From an uncultured archaeon (GTDB lineage: Archaea; Iainarchaeota; Iainarchaeia; Iainarchaeales; JAAZKV01): a stretch of 62,379 bases of DNA. The position numbers and the translations under genes were made by a program. Each line of letters starts with the position of its first letter. Positions within the stretch are counted from its first letter, which is position 1. This document shows, piece after piece, positions 27,382 to 36,391 of this stretch. The notes under the pieces are model-generated. The model saw only the letters and a program-made list of their open reading frames with translations, was not told where the DNA came from and did no database searches. Location of the stretch: assembly GCA_964583285.1 (NCBI GenBank), contig CAZOVD010000003.1:1-62379 (forward strand), in the 5' to 3' direction.

Positions 27382-29412
27382 TTATTTAATCATTATTGCA
27401 TCGACTGCATAAGCACCGTTTTCGTTTACTATAACTGGATTCATTTCTATTTCTTTTAACAATGGATAATTTTGCGCCATTAATGCAGTTGCTTTTATTA
27501 CTTTTTTAAGATCATCAATATCATACTTTTTCTTTGTTCGCACACCCTGCAAAACTTTAGTTCCTTTTACTTCATGAAACATTTCCTCAATATCTGAATT
27601 TGAAAGTGGTGCAATTTTTTGAGAAAAGTCTTTCATTACTTCAACAAATATTCCACCAAGCCCATATGTAATAGTTTTGCCAAATTCGTTTGTAATTGAA
27701 GAAACAATTACTTCTTGCCCAACTATCATTTCTTGAACTGCGATTTCTTTTGATTTGTTAAGTTTTATAAGTATTTTTTGCATTTTTTCAAATTCTATTT
27801 CAGCTTCATCAATATTTTTTATGTTTGCTTTTACTAAACCAAGATCAGTTTTATGTGGTATCCCACTTGATGCTTTCATTGCAATTGGAAAATTTAATTT
27901 TCTTATAGCAATTTGAAATTCTTCAGCAGTAGAAACAAATTCTGTTTTACAAGTTTTTATTCCAAATTCTTTTAAGATACTAAATGCTGTTTTCATTTCA
28001 ATGATTTTAGAATTGTCAATTATCTTTTGAGTTTCTGACTTTGGATTTAAAGTTATTTCAAAAAATTTTTTGTGTTTTTTTCGTTCTATATATTTTTTCA
28101 AAATAGAGAGTGCTTTTATTCCTCTTTCAGGAGTAGCAAATTCAACAACACCATGTTCTCGCAAATATCTTCTTGAATGTTCAACACCAGTTCCACCCAA
28201 AAATGAACACATTATTGGTAAATTTTTATTTAAATCAACTATTATTTCTGCAACTCTATCTGGGTCCGTCATACTTTGAGGAGTTAGAAGTGTATAAACA
28301 ATATCCACATTATTATCTTCTTGTAAAACATTTAGAGCTGATCTATAATCAAGTGGTTTTGCATCTCCAATTAAATCAAGTGGATTTGACGCATGTGGGT
28401 TTATTTGAGTAACCACATCCATTGTTTTTTTAGTAAATCCTGGTAAAATAAAATCGTGATTTGCTGCAGAATCGGCAACAATTACCCCTGGCCCACCAGC
28501 GTTAGTTACAACTGCCATTCTAAATCCTTTTAAATTATCTATTTTTGATAACAACTTTGCCATATCAAAAAATCCTTCTATTGAATTCATTCGCATTATA
28601 TTTACTTTTTTGCAAGCTACAGAAAATATATGATCATCAACACTTAATGCACCGGTGTGAGAACTAGCTGCTTTAACACCCGCTTCACTTCTGCCGGATT
28701 TAATTAACACTACTGGTTTTTTCTTTGCTAAATTATGCGCAGCATGCATAAAGTCATTGTGATTTTTTACTGATTCCATATAAACTAAAACGGCTTTTGT
28801 TTTTGGATCATCAGCCAAATATCTAAAATAATCATCTTCTTCCATAAATGCTTTATTTCCTGTTGAAATAAATTTACTAAAACCAATTTTTTCTTGGCGA
28901 GCCCAGTCTAAAATTGCAGTACAAAGAGCACCACTTTGTGAAACTAATGCGATTTGTCCTTCGCGAGGAAAAGTTGCTGAAAAAGAAGCATTAAGTCCAT
29001 TCTCTGAATTAATTATTCCAAGTGTGTTTGGGCCAACAACGTTCATTTTGTATTTTTTAACAATAACATCAATACTATCCTGAAGTTTTTTTCCTTCTGA
29101 CCCAGTTTCACTAAAACCAGCAGTTATAATTACTGCATTTTTTATTCCTTTTTTTGCACAATTTTCCATTATTTGTGGAACAAATTTTGATGGAACTACT
29201 ACAACTGCCAAATCAATTTTTTTCTTTATTTTAAGAACTGATTGATATGCAGTTAGACCCAGTATCTCTTTTTCATTTAAGTTAATTGGGAATATATCTC
29301 CATTAAAATTAGCATCAATTAGATTTTTTACAATAGCATATCCAACTTTTCCAGGAGTATTAGATGCACCAATAACTGCCACTGAATTAGGATAAAACAT
29401 TTTAGTTAACAT
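27382..29412 (-). CDS. acetate--CoA ligase (ADP-forming), fused alpha/beta subunits
   Basis: CoA-binding domain (VAVIGASNTPGKVG), a succinyl-CoA-synthetase-like phosphohistidine region (SSHTGALS), and a C-terminal ATP-grasp. Length is 676 aa. Confidence 0.85.
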   Translation of the reverse strand: MLTKMFYPNSVAVIGASNTPGKVGYAIVKNLIDANFNGDIFPINLNEKEILGLTAYQSVLKIKKKIDLAVVVVPSKFVPQIMENCAKKGIKNAVIITAGFSETGSEGKKLQDSIDVIVKKYKMNVVGPNTLGIINSENGLNASFSATFPREGQIALVSQSGALCTAILDWARQEKIGFSKFISTGNKAFMEEDDYFRYLADDPKTKAVLVYMESVKNHNDFMHAAHNLAKKKPVVLIKSGRSEAGVKAASSHTGALSVDDHIFSVACKKVNIMRMNSIEGFFDMAKLLSKIDNLKGFRMAVVTNAGGPGVIVADSAANHDFILPGFTKKTMDVVTQINPHASNPLDLIGDAKPLDYRSALNVLQEDNNVDIVYTLLTPQSMTDPDRVAEIIVDLNKNLPIMCSFLGGTGVEHSRRYLREHGVVEFATPERGIKALSILKKYIERKKHKKFFEITLNPKSETQKIIDNSKIIEMKTAFSILKEFGIKTCKTEFVSTAEEFQIAIRKLNFPIAMKASSGIPHKTDLGLVKANIKNIDEAEIEFEKMQKILIKLNKSKEIAVQEMIVGQEVIVSSITNEFGKTITYGLGGIFVEVMKDFSQKIAPLSNSDIEEMFHEVKGTKVLQGVRTKKKYDIDDLKKVIKATALMAQNYPLLKEIEMNPVIVNENGAYAVDAIMIK

Positions 29413-29456
29413 GAAAAAATAATGTATTAGTCAAATAAATACTTTTGCCCCATCAT

Positions 29457-31643
29457 CTAAATTTTTTCATTTTTTAGACGTACTGAGTTTAAAATTACAC
29501 TTATTGAACTAATAGTCATTGCACTCATACCAATCATTGGGTGTAATAATCCAAAAAATGCAATTGGTATTGCAATTATATTGTAAAACCAAGCCCAAAA
29601 TAAATTTTGTTTTATTTTTTTAAATGTCGCACGGCTTAATTTTATAGCCGAAACTACTCCGCTAAGATTTCCATTTACTAAAATTATATCTGCAGATTCT
29701 ATTGCAATATCAGTACCAGTGCCTATTGCAATACCAACATTTGCTTGCTTTAATGCTGGTGCATCATTAATACCATCACCAACAAAAGCAATCATTTCAT
29801 TTTTTTGAAGATCTATTATTTTTTGTGCTTTTTCATCAGGAAGTACATTTGCAATAATTTCATTTATTCCACACTCACTACCGATTGCTTTTGCAGTACG
29901 CTCATTATCGCCAGTAATCATAACTGTTTTAAAACCAAGATTATGTAATTTAGATATTGCTTCTTTTGAATCAGCTTTAATAATATCTGAGACAGCAATT
30001 ATTCCAATTATTTTTTTATTTTTAGCAACAATCATTATTGATTTCCCTTGGTTTTCAAAACTAACTATTTCTTTTTCAATATTAGTTAAACTAATTTTAT
30101 TTTCATTTAATAAATTTCTATTTCCAATTATTATATTATCATTTTTAATTTTACCAAAAACTCCTTTTCCACGAATTATACTAAAATTGTTTACTTTTAA
30201 TGTTGATATTTTATTTTTTTGTGCATAGTTAACAATTGCTTTTGCAATTGGATGTTCGGAAAGATTTTCAAGAGAACTTGCAATTTGTATTAATTCATTT
30301 TCACTAACACCCATTGTTTTTATTTCACAAATTTCTGGCTTTCCTTTTGTTATAGTTCCAGTTTTATCAAAAACAATTGTTTTAACATCTTTTATTGTTT
30401 GAATTGCTTCACCTCTTCTTATCAAAATTCCTTTTTTTGCACCAAGTCCAGAACTAACCATTAATGCTGTTGGAGTTGCAAGACCAAGAGCACAAGGACA
30501 AGCAATTACAAGCACTGCAACTGTTGCGAGTATTGCAAGTGTAAAAACTGGGGCGCTTGGATTAGTCCAAGGTAAATTAAAACCTTCAACTATTGGTACA
30601 AAAAAATTTGGAAATAATGTCCAAAAGACAAACGCAGAAATTGCAAGTATTATTACTGCTGGTACAAAATAACCAGTAACTCTATCAGCAAATTCTTGAA
30701 TTGGAACTTTACTACTTTGAGCTTCTTCAACAAGTTTTATTATTTGACTTAAAAAAGTGTCCTTTCCAATTTTTGTTGCTTTAATATATAAAACACCATC
30801 TTGATTTATTGTTGCTCCAATTACATTACTATTAACTTTTTTTTCAACCGGTAAACTTTCTCCAGAAATCATTGACTCATCAACACTACTTTCTCCTTTT
30901 ATTACAATACCATCAATTGGTATTTTTTCACCAGGCCTAACTATTAAAATATCGCCAAGTTTCACATCTTCTATTTTCACTTCTATTTCTTTATTTTTAA
31001 CAATTAATTTTGCTGTTTTTGCACCAAGTTTTAGAAGTTGTTTAATTGCCATTGATGCTTTTCCTTTAGCACGCATTTCAAGAAATCTTCCAATTAAATG
31101 AAATGTAACAATTGTTGTTGCCATTTCAATAAAAGTCGTTACTGGAAAAAAAAATCCTAAAAAACTTAAAAAATAAGGAACTACTGAACCAAGTGTTATT
31201 AATACATCCATATTGGCAGTTTTTCTTTTAAGTGATTTTATTGTAGACTTATGCGTATCAAAACCAAGAATAAAAATTACTGGAAATGCTAAAACCGCAC
31301 TTATTGCAAAATAATAAGGGACCATTACTACAAACATGTCAATAAACATTAGCAGCATTATAACTGCAGTTATAATTGATGCAAGTATTGTGTTTTTCTT
31401 TGCACGTTTATGTTCAATTAGTTCTGAATTGGCTTCATTTTCTTTTTCAATTATTTTATAACCAATACGCAATACTTCTTTTTTTACTTTTTCATCAGTT
31501 ATTTCACCAGAAATGTAAAGTTTTTTTGTTGCAAAATTAACAGATGCGCTTTCAACTCCATTAATATTCTTAAAAGATTTCTCTATAGTACTTGCACAAG
31601 TAGCACAGTGCATACCTTCAACTAAAAAAATTTTCTTAGACAT
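29457..31643 (-). CDS. copA: copper-translocating P1B-type ATPase
   Basis: N-terminal HMA domain (GMHCATCAS), TGES, CPC ([11 protein letters not shown]), DKTGT and GDGINDAP. Confidence 0.95.
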   Translation of the reverse strand: MSKKIFLVEGMHCATCASTIEKSFKNINGVESASVNFATKKLYISGEITDEKVKKEVLRIGYKIIEKENEANSELIEHKRAKKNTILASIITAVIMLLMFIDMFVVMVPYYFAISAVLAFPVIFILGFDTHKSTIKSLKRKTANMDVLITLGSVVPYFLSFLGFFFPVTTFIEMATTIVTFHLIGRFLEMRAKGKASMAIKQLLKLGAKTAKLIVKNKEIEVKIEDVKLGDILIVRPGEKIPIDGIVIKGESSVDESMISGESLPVEKKVNSNVIGATINQDGVLYIKATKIGKDTFLSQIIKLVEEAQSSKVPIQEFADRVTGYFVPAVIILAISAFVFWTLFPNFFVPIVEGFNLPWTNPSAPVFTLAILATVAVLVIACPCALGLATPTALMVSSGLGAKKGILIRRGEAIQTIKDVKTIVFDKTGTITKGKPEICEIKTMGVSENELIQIASSLENLSEHPIAKAIVNYAQKNKISTLKVNNFSIIRGKGVFGKIKNDNIIIGNRNLLNENKISLTNIEKEIVSFENQGKSIMIVAKNKKIIGIIAVSDIIKADSKEAISKLHNLGFKTVMITGDNERTAKAIGSECGINEIIANVLPDEKAQKIIDLQKNEMIAFVGDGINDAPALKQANVGIAIGTGTDIAIESADIILVNGNLSGVVSAIKLSRATFKKIKQNLFWAWFYNIIAIPIAFFGLLHPMIGMSAMTISSISVILNSVRLKNEKI

Positions 31644-31655
31644 AATCTCATCTTT

Positions 31656-32111
31656 TTAAATAAACCTAAAACGACCTGCATCCAAATCGGATTTTTTTAT
31701 AAATACTTTGTCTTCAACCACACTATTTTTTAAATATCCTGGCCAACAACCGCCACCAGTTTTATTTTCAGTACCAAGTGAAGAAATTAAAAATTTATTT
31801 CCACAATTATTACAAACCATAAAATTGCCTTCTTGCCTATACCCTCTTTTTTCACTAAAACAAACATCACAAGCATCAAATGCGGTTTTTACATCGCCCA
31901 AATTATCTTTAACTGCAAAAAACCTTATTGTTACTCCGTTTGATTCATATACATACCAATTAGCAACAGTACTAATTTTTTCCATTTCTAAGAATATATA
32001 ATCATCATAGTTAACATTTCCACTTTCAAAATCTATGTCACTATTTGCTGTTGACGTGCAACCAAAAATAAACAACATAAATATTGCCAAAACAATCATA
32101 ATCTTTTTCAT
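31656..32111 (-). CDS. Cys-rich lipobox protein (DUF2318-like metal-binding module)
   Basis: Signal peptide ending in FIFGC. Also FDACDVC...GYRQEG...VCNNCGNKF...GGCWP. Sits between the HMA membrane protein and copA. Confidence 0.45.
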   Translation of the reverse strand: MKKIMIVLAIFMLFIFGCTSTANSDIDFESGNVNYDDYIFLEMEKISTVANWYVYESNGVTIRFFAVKDNLGDVKTAFDACDVCFSEKRGYRQEGNFMVCNNCGNKFLISSLGTENKTGGGCWPGYLKNSVVEDKVFIKKSDLDAGRFRFI

Positions 32112-33068
32112 TTAATCACCAATTATATTTATTGTACAAGCGCCTTGTGAAAAATCAAGTTGTGGAGTAAGTCCCACACTTTCAATTAAAAAGCGTTCAT
32201 AATTATTCCTATCACTTATTCTTTCTTCAAGAACCGTTGCTTTATAAGTATCAAATATTTCTAAATTTAATAAATCTTGTTTTGTAGCAGGAGCAACATA
32301 TGCAACTTCAAAAATATTTGGCATAGAATATCTAACTCCACTAACTCCATTAATTGTTTTAATATCCCCTGAAATTAAAGCAGCATGTCCAGAACAAGGA
32401 ATGTCTACTGCCAATTTTATTATAGAATTTTCACCATTTGATAAATTATTATTTGAATAATTAGTAGAAAAAAAACCAACATCAAAATTAGCAACAGCTG
32501 GGAATATTACAAATAATAGTAGTAAATTAATTCCAATAGTTGTGCCATACATTATGGAAATATAATTTCTTTTCTTACTTATTCCAGCTATTGAAACTAA
32601 ATTATTTTTTCTTAGATATAAATAAGTTCCAATAGTTGCAAACAAAAATGATAATGCTATTAGTATATGGAAAAAATATTGATTTAATAAAATGGGCCTA
32701 AAATAAGTTATAAGCAATGTCGAACCTAAAATTGATGCCACTATAAAACCAATACACCCAATGTGTGGCATTAAACCAAATGTTAATCCACTAATTAAGG
32801 AATTGTCTGTTTTTTTAGTAGACCCATTTATAGTATATCCTAAATTAAATATGGCTTCTTCTATTTGTTTTTTTGATATTTTATTATCATCAAAATTAAT
32901 ATCTGCACTATCATCAATAATACTCACATTTACCTTTATTACTCCATTAAGTTTTGATAATTTTTCTTCGATTAGTTTTGAACATGATGCGCAGTGCATC
33001 CCATTTATTTTGAACTTATAATTTTTCAAACAAATCACCTTTTTCATAAATATGGAGCGTGAAACCAT
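32112..33068 (-). CDS. HMA-domain membrane protein (HMA / ~4 TM / second ferredoxin-like domain)
   Basis: N-terminal HMA (GMHCASCSKLIEEKL), a TM block containing MPHIGCIG, and a C-terminal domain with CSGHAAL. There are two in-frame ATGs (33068 and 33047). Confidence 0.6.
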   Translation of the reverse strand: MVSRSIFMKKVICLKNYKFKINGMHCASCSKLIEEKLSKLNGVIKVNVSIIDDSADINFDDNKISKKQIEEAIFNLGYTINGSTKKTDNSLISGLTFGLMPHIGCIGFIVASILGSTLLITYFRPILLNQYFFHILIALSFLFATIGTYLYLRKNNLVSIAGISKKRNYISIMYGTTIGINLLLLFVIFPAVANFDVGFFSTNYSNNNLSNGENSIIKLAVDIPCSGHAALISGDIKTINGVSGVRYSMPNIFEVAYVAPATKQDLLNLEIFDTYKATVLEERISDRNNYERFLIESVGLTPQLDFSQGACTINIIGD

Positions 33069-33144
33069 AAATATAGGTTATTGAAACCATCGTTTTTCTA
33101 AAAAAAAGAATAAGTATTTAATTTAATTTAACATTAAATAAATC

Positions 33145-33657
33145 ATGGATCTAAGGATTGATTTATCAAATAAAAAAAGCATTGCTGGAATTATAATTCT
33201 TTTGTGCATTATAATGGTGATATTTTACTTACCTAGTTTAATGAATGAATTTAAATCAGATGTTTGTACTATTGATGGGTCTTGTCAGCATGAGGCCCAG
33301 CTTGATTTAGTAAATAAAACAATACCTTTGTTTTTAATTGGTGGGATTGCCATTGGAGCAATAGTTTTTTTCTTTATGACAAATAAAATAGATAATACAA
33401 AAAAAGATACTCAAAAAATTGTTAATGCTTTAATAAATTTTTTAAATAAAGATGAAAAAAAAATTGTTGAAGTTTTAATTGAAAATAATGGAAAAATTTT
33501 TCAATCAGAAATAAGCAGAATTGAAGGAATTGGAAAACTAAAAAGTCATAGAATCATCCAAAAACTTGTTGATAGAAATGTTATTGTGGTTGAAAAGCAC
33601 GGCAAAACTAATATAATAAAACTTAGTAAAGAAATAAAGGAAGTAATAATAAAATAA
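33145..33657 (+). CDS. membrane-tethered winged-helix regulator (2 TM plus C-terminal wHTH)
   Basis: TM1 (IAGIIILLCIIMVIFYL), a ~30-aa loop containing CTIDGSCQH, TM2 (IPLFLIGGIAIGAIVFFFM), then wHTH (IFQSEISRIEGIGKLKSHRIIQKLVDRNVIVVEKHGKTNI). Confidence 0.6.
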   Translation: MDLRIDLSNKKSIAGIIILLCIIMVIFYLPSLMNEFKSDVCTIDGSCQHEAQLDLVNKTIPLFLIGGIAIGAIVFFFMTNKIDNTKKDTQKIVNALINFLNKDEKKIVEVLIENNGKIFQSEISRIEGIGKLKSHRIIQKLVDRNVIVVEKHGKTNIIKLSKEIKEVIIK

Positions 33658-33705
33658 TTTAATTAGTTGAAATATCAACTAACTAAAAAATATTAAATAA
33701 ATTAC

Positions 33706-33829
33706 TTACTCTTCACTTTCAGCAAATTCTTTAATAGCATCATAATTCCAAACGCAACGCTCTCGCCGTTGCATCACGAATAAAAATTTACTCTTCACTT
33801 TCAGCAAATTCTTTAATAGCATCATAATT
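33706..33829. repeat. 42-bp perfect direct repeat (33706-33747 and 33788-33829) with a 40-bp GC-rich spacer
   Basis: ttactcttcactttcagcaaattctttaatagcatcataatt occurs twice. The spacer contains the hairpin GCAACG-ctctcgc-CGTTGC (33754-33772). Confidence 0.9.
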
Positions 33830-33943
33830 TTCTACTATTAATTTTGCTTTTCCTTTTCCAAATTGGAATGGATAAGTGTCCGTTTCATTTCTCTTTAATA
33901 TTATCATTTTATTTCCTTTAAATTCTCCATATTCTACTGGCAT
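33788..33943 (-). CDS. small protein (51 aa), possibly a PC4/YdbC-like fold
   Basis: Not in the ORF track because it is under 60 aa. AAGGGGGA sits 6 nt upstream of the ATG. Translation: MPVEYGEFKGNKMIILKRNETDTYPFQFGKGKAKLIVENYDAIKEFAESEE. The fold assignment is weak. Confidence 0.45.
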   Translation of the reverse strand: MPVEYGEFKGNKMIILKRNETDTYPFQFGKGKAKLIVENYDAIKEFAESEE

Positions 33944-34095
33944 TATAATTCCCCCTTTGCTAAAAAAATTTTAAATATTTATTAATAGGCAATTCTTAAA
34001 AAGGTACTTAAAGGAGAATGCCACTTACTAATCAATAAACTTATAAAAAATATACTAATTTAAACTTATTATTACTAAATATATAGGTGTTATTA

Positions 34096-34230
34096 ATGGA
34101 TTTAAAAAAAGCTCAGAGTTTAATTCACAGACTTGAAAATTATGTTGATTATATGGAAAAGGAAGCAAAATATTTGAGAAAAAATATTGATGAAATAAAA
34201 AAAGAGCTAAGAGATGAAACAAAAAAATAG
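34096..34230 (+). CDS. small helical protein (44 aa)
   Basis: Not in the ORF track. AGGTG sits 6 nt upstream of the ATG. Translation: MDLKKAQSLIHRLENYVDYMEKEAKYLRKNIDEIKKELRDETKK. Confidence 0.35.
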   Translation: MDLKKAQSLIHRLENYVDYMEKEAKYLRKNIDEIKKELRDETKK

Positions 34231-34842
34231 TTATATTACTACTGGTTCTATTGAATCAATTTCTTCAAGGTTAATTATTTCAAAAGTATTTCCATCATAA
34301 TCCAGTTCAAAAACCGCACAATCTTTTATTCCTTTTATTTCAAAACCAATTAATTCTCTAAAAATTATTTTTATAGTATCTTCATGAGTAATAAATGCAA
34401 TTCCGTTTGTTTCACTAATAAATTCTTTTTCTACAATTTTATTAAATTGTTTTAACATACGTTCTACATACTCATAATAATCTTCAGAATTTTCTATTTT
34501 ATGATATGGAAATTGAGACTCTATTTCTTCAACTATTAAAGGAAATTCTTTTTTTGCATCAACTTTTTTCATGCCAGTTAATTTACCATAACTCCTTCTT
34601 TCAGCTAGTTCAGTCGCAGTAAAAGTTTCTGCATTGCAATTTTCTTCTAAAATATATGCAGTATCAACACAATGTATTCTTGGAGAAACATATACTTTTT
34701 CAAGGCCTTTTCCATCAAGTTTTTTATACAATTCTTTTGATTGTTTTTTTCCCAAATCACTTAAATGATCCTCATAATGCCCAGTATACCTATTTTCTGC
34801 TTCAGCTTGACTTTGGCCATGTTTTATTAAATACACTCTCAT
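34231..34842 (-). CDS. histidine phosphatase superfamily (phosphoglycerate-mutase-like) protein
   Basis: N-terminal VYLIKHGQS is an RHG-type motif with Lys in place of Arg. LSDLGKKQ and a distal ITHEDTI are also present. Confidence 0.6.
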   Translation of the reverse strand: MRVYLIKHGQSQAEAENRYTGHYEDHLSDLGKKQSKELYKKLDGKGLEKVYVSPRIHCVDTAYILEENCNAETFTATELAERRSYGKLTGMKKVDAKKEFPLIVEEIESQFPYHKIENSEDYYEYVERMLKQFNKIVEKEFISETNGIAFITHEDTIKIIFRELIGFEIKGIKDCAVFELDYDGNTFEIINLEEIDSIEPVVI

Positions 34843-34928
34843 AAAAAAAAGAGTTATTGATAAAATTTATAAATCGTGTTAAGTAGCGCACATTTAAAAA
34901 TAAAAAAAACCTAAATTTTTTGATTTTT

Positions 34929-35927
34929 ATGAAGGGTGCTTTTGACAATAATAAATATTTAAAACTTGAAAAAAAAATACTTTTAAAAAGAGCGAATAAA
35001 TTTAACACTTTATTTTTAGAAATTGGTGGACATTTGCTTTATGATGGGCACGCAAAAAGAGTGCTACCAGGATATGACCCAAAAAATAAATTGAATTTAA
35101 TTAAATCTTTGAAAAAAAAAGTTGGAGTAATTTATTGTGTTAGTGCTAAAGAACTTGCATTAAATAGAAATTGGGGAAATTCTAATAAAAAAATTAAAGA
35201 TGTTGCTCTTTTTGAATTAAAAAAATTATCAAAGGATTTAGAAATTATTGGGATTTGTATTAGTTTGTTTAATAACCAAAAAAAAGCAATTGATTTCGCA
35301 TTAACTGCTAGTGAAAAATTTTTAGTTCCAATATATTTTACAAGCATAATAAAAGATTACCCTAATTTAAAAACAACTTTTTCAAAAAATGGTTTTGATA
35401 TTCAACCCAAATTAAAAACTAAGAAAAAGATTGTTGTTGTTACTGGCGCTGGCGCAAATAATGGAAAATTATTTTTTTGTTTAAGTCAAATTTATCATCA
35501 AAACAAAGAAAATAAAAATGCAGGTTTTGCAAAAATTGAAACTTTTCCAGTTTGGGATTTAGATGTAAATCATCCACTAAATTTAGCTTACATGAGTGCT
35601 ACTGCTGATATTAAAGACAAAGTTTTAATAGATCATTTTTACAAAAAGAAATACAAAAAAATAGTAGTAAATTATAACAGAGATATTAAAGCATTTCCAG
35701 TTTTAAAAAAAATAATAAATAAATTAAGCAAAAAGAATAATTTTATGAATAATTATAATTCTCCGACAGAAATGGGTTTAAACGCACTAAGTAGTGGGAT
35801 TATTGATGAGAAAAAAATAGAAAGTGCTTGTAAAAAAGAAATCATAAACAGGAAAAAATCTTTTTTAAAATTAAAAAATAAAATGGCGGTAAAAGAAATA
35901 AATAATTTATTAAAAAAATTAAATTAG
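34929..35927 (+). CDS. DUF1846 (UPF0371)-like protein, short form
   Basis: FDNNKYLKLEKKILLKR...LFLEIGGHLLYDGHAKRVLPGYDP matches the DUF1846 N-terminus. It is 332 aa from ATG 34929, versus roughly 500 aa as I recall for typical members. Confidence 0.5.
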   Translation: MKGAFDNNKYLKLEKKILLKRANKFNTLFLEIGGHLLYDGHAKRVLPGYDPKNKLNLIKSLKKKVGVIYCVSAKELALNRNWGNSNKKIKDVALFELKKLSKDLEIIGICISLFNNQKKAIDFALTASEKFLVPIYFTSIIKDYPNLKTTFSKNGFDIQPKLKTKKKIVVVTGAGANNGKLFFCLSQIYHQNKENKNAGFAKIETFPVWDLDVNHPLNLAYMSATADIKDKVLIDHFYKKKYKKIVVNYNRDIKAFPVLKKIINKLSKKNNFMNNYNSPTEMGLNALSSGIIDEKKIESACKKEIINRKKSFLKLKNKMAVKEINNLLKKLN

Positions 35928-36391
35928 AGTTTTTTATAAACTTCAGTTTCACCAAATCTGCTTAACACGGTAAATCCTAATTTTTTATATGTTTTATGCC
36001 CCATTAGTACTGATTTTGCTTGAACATAACTAACTCCTTTTTTCTTTAAAATTTTTAAAACATTTTCAAGCATTTTTGAATAAAGTCCACTAACTCGTTC
36101 ATTTTCAACTATGCTTGGCCAATCAATAAAAGCATCTAAAAAATTACCAGTTTTTCTTAAATTGACCCTCATTTCTCCAATTTTTTCTTTTTGGGAATTT
36201 AATAATTCTATTTCATATCTATTTTTTTCTAAGACAAAATTAATTGTTTGAATATATCTTTTTCCATTAATATTTATTATTCTCAAAGTAGCCTTAGGAT
36301 TCGCTGTTTTTTTTGGTTTTATTTTTCTTAACAAAACTGCCTTTGATTTTTGTTTTGAATTTAATAAAGGGATTGTATTTTTTTTAATCAT
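35924..36391 (-). CDS. small basic protein with a GNAT-like C-terminal half (155 aa)
   Basis: Its ATGA start overlaps the phosphomevalonate kinase stop. IGEMRVNL...ERVSGLYSKMLENVLKILKKKG...HKTYKKLGFTVL resembles GNAT motifs A/B. Paralogous in pattern to ORF 37518-38000. Confidence 0.4.
   Translation of the reverse strand: MIKKNTIPLLNSKQKSKAVLLRKIKPKKTANPKATLRIININGKRYIQTINFVLEKNRYEIELLNSQKEKIGEMRVNLRKTGNFLDAFIDWPSIVENERVSGLYSKMLENVLKILKKKGVSYVQAKSVLMGHKTYKKLGFTVLSRFGETEVYKKL

Noticed and set aside
33069-33144. AT-only inverted repeat (ATTTAAT-N10-ATTAAAT) in the copper operon / wHTH divergent region as an operator
   Set aside because: It consists only of A/T in a very AT-rich spacer, so such a match is expected by chance. 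I kept it only as a region to test, not as a call.
33706-33774. 22-aa ORF (MQRRERCVWNYDAIKEFAESEE) formed by the downstream copy of the 42-bp repeat
   Set aside because: It has no Shine-Dalgarno, and its start lies inside the hairpin spacer. It is most likely a by-product of the duplication rather than a gene.
33706-33777. Possible C/D-box sRNA on the minus strand (GTGATGC ... ATGATGC ... CTGA, about 59 nt)
   Set aside because: Both C-like boxes deviate from RUGAUGA at the last base. No D' box sits at the expected spacing, the C'-D spacing is 14 nt, and half of the candidate is simply the duplicated coding sequence.
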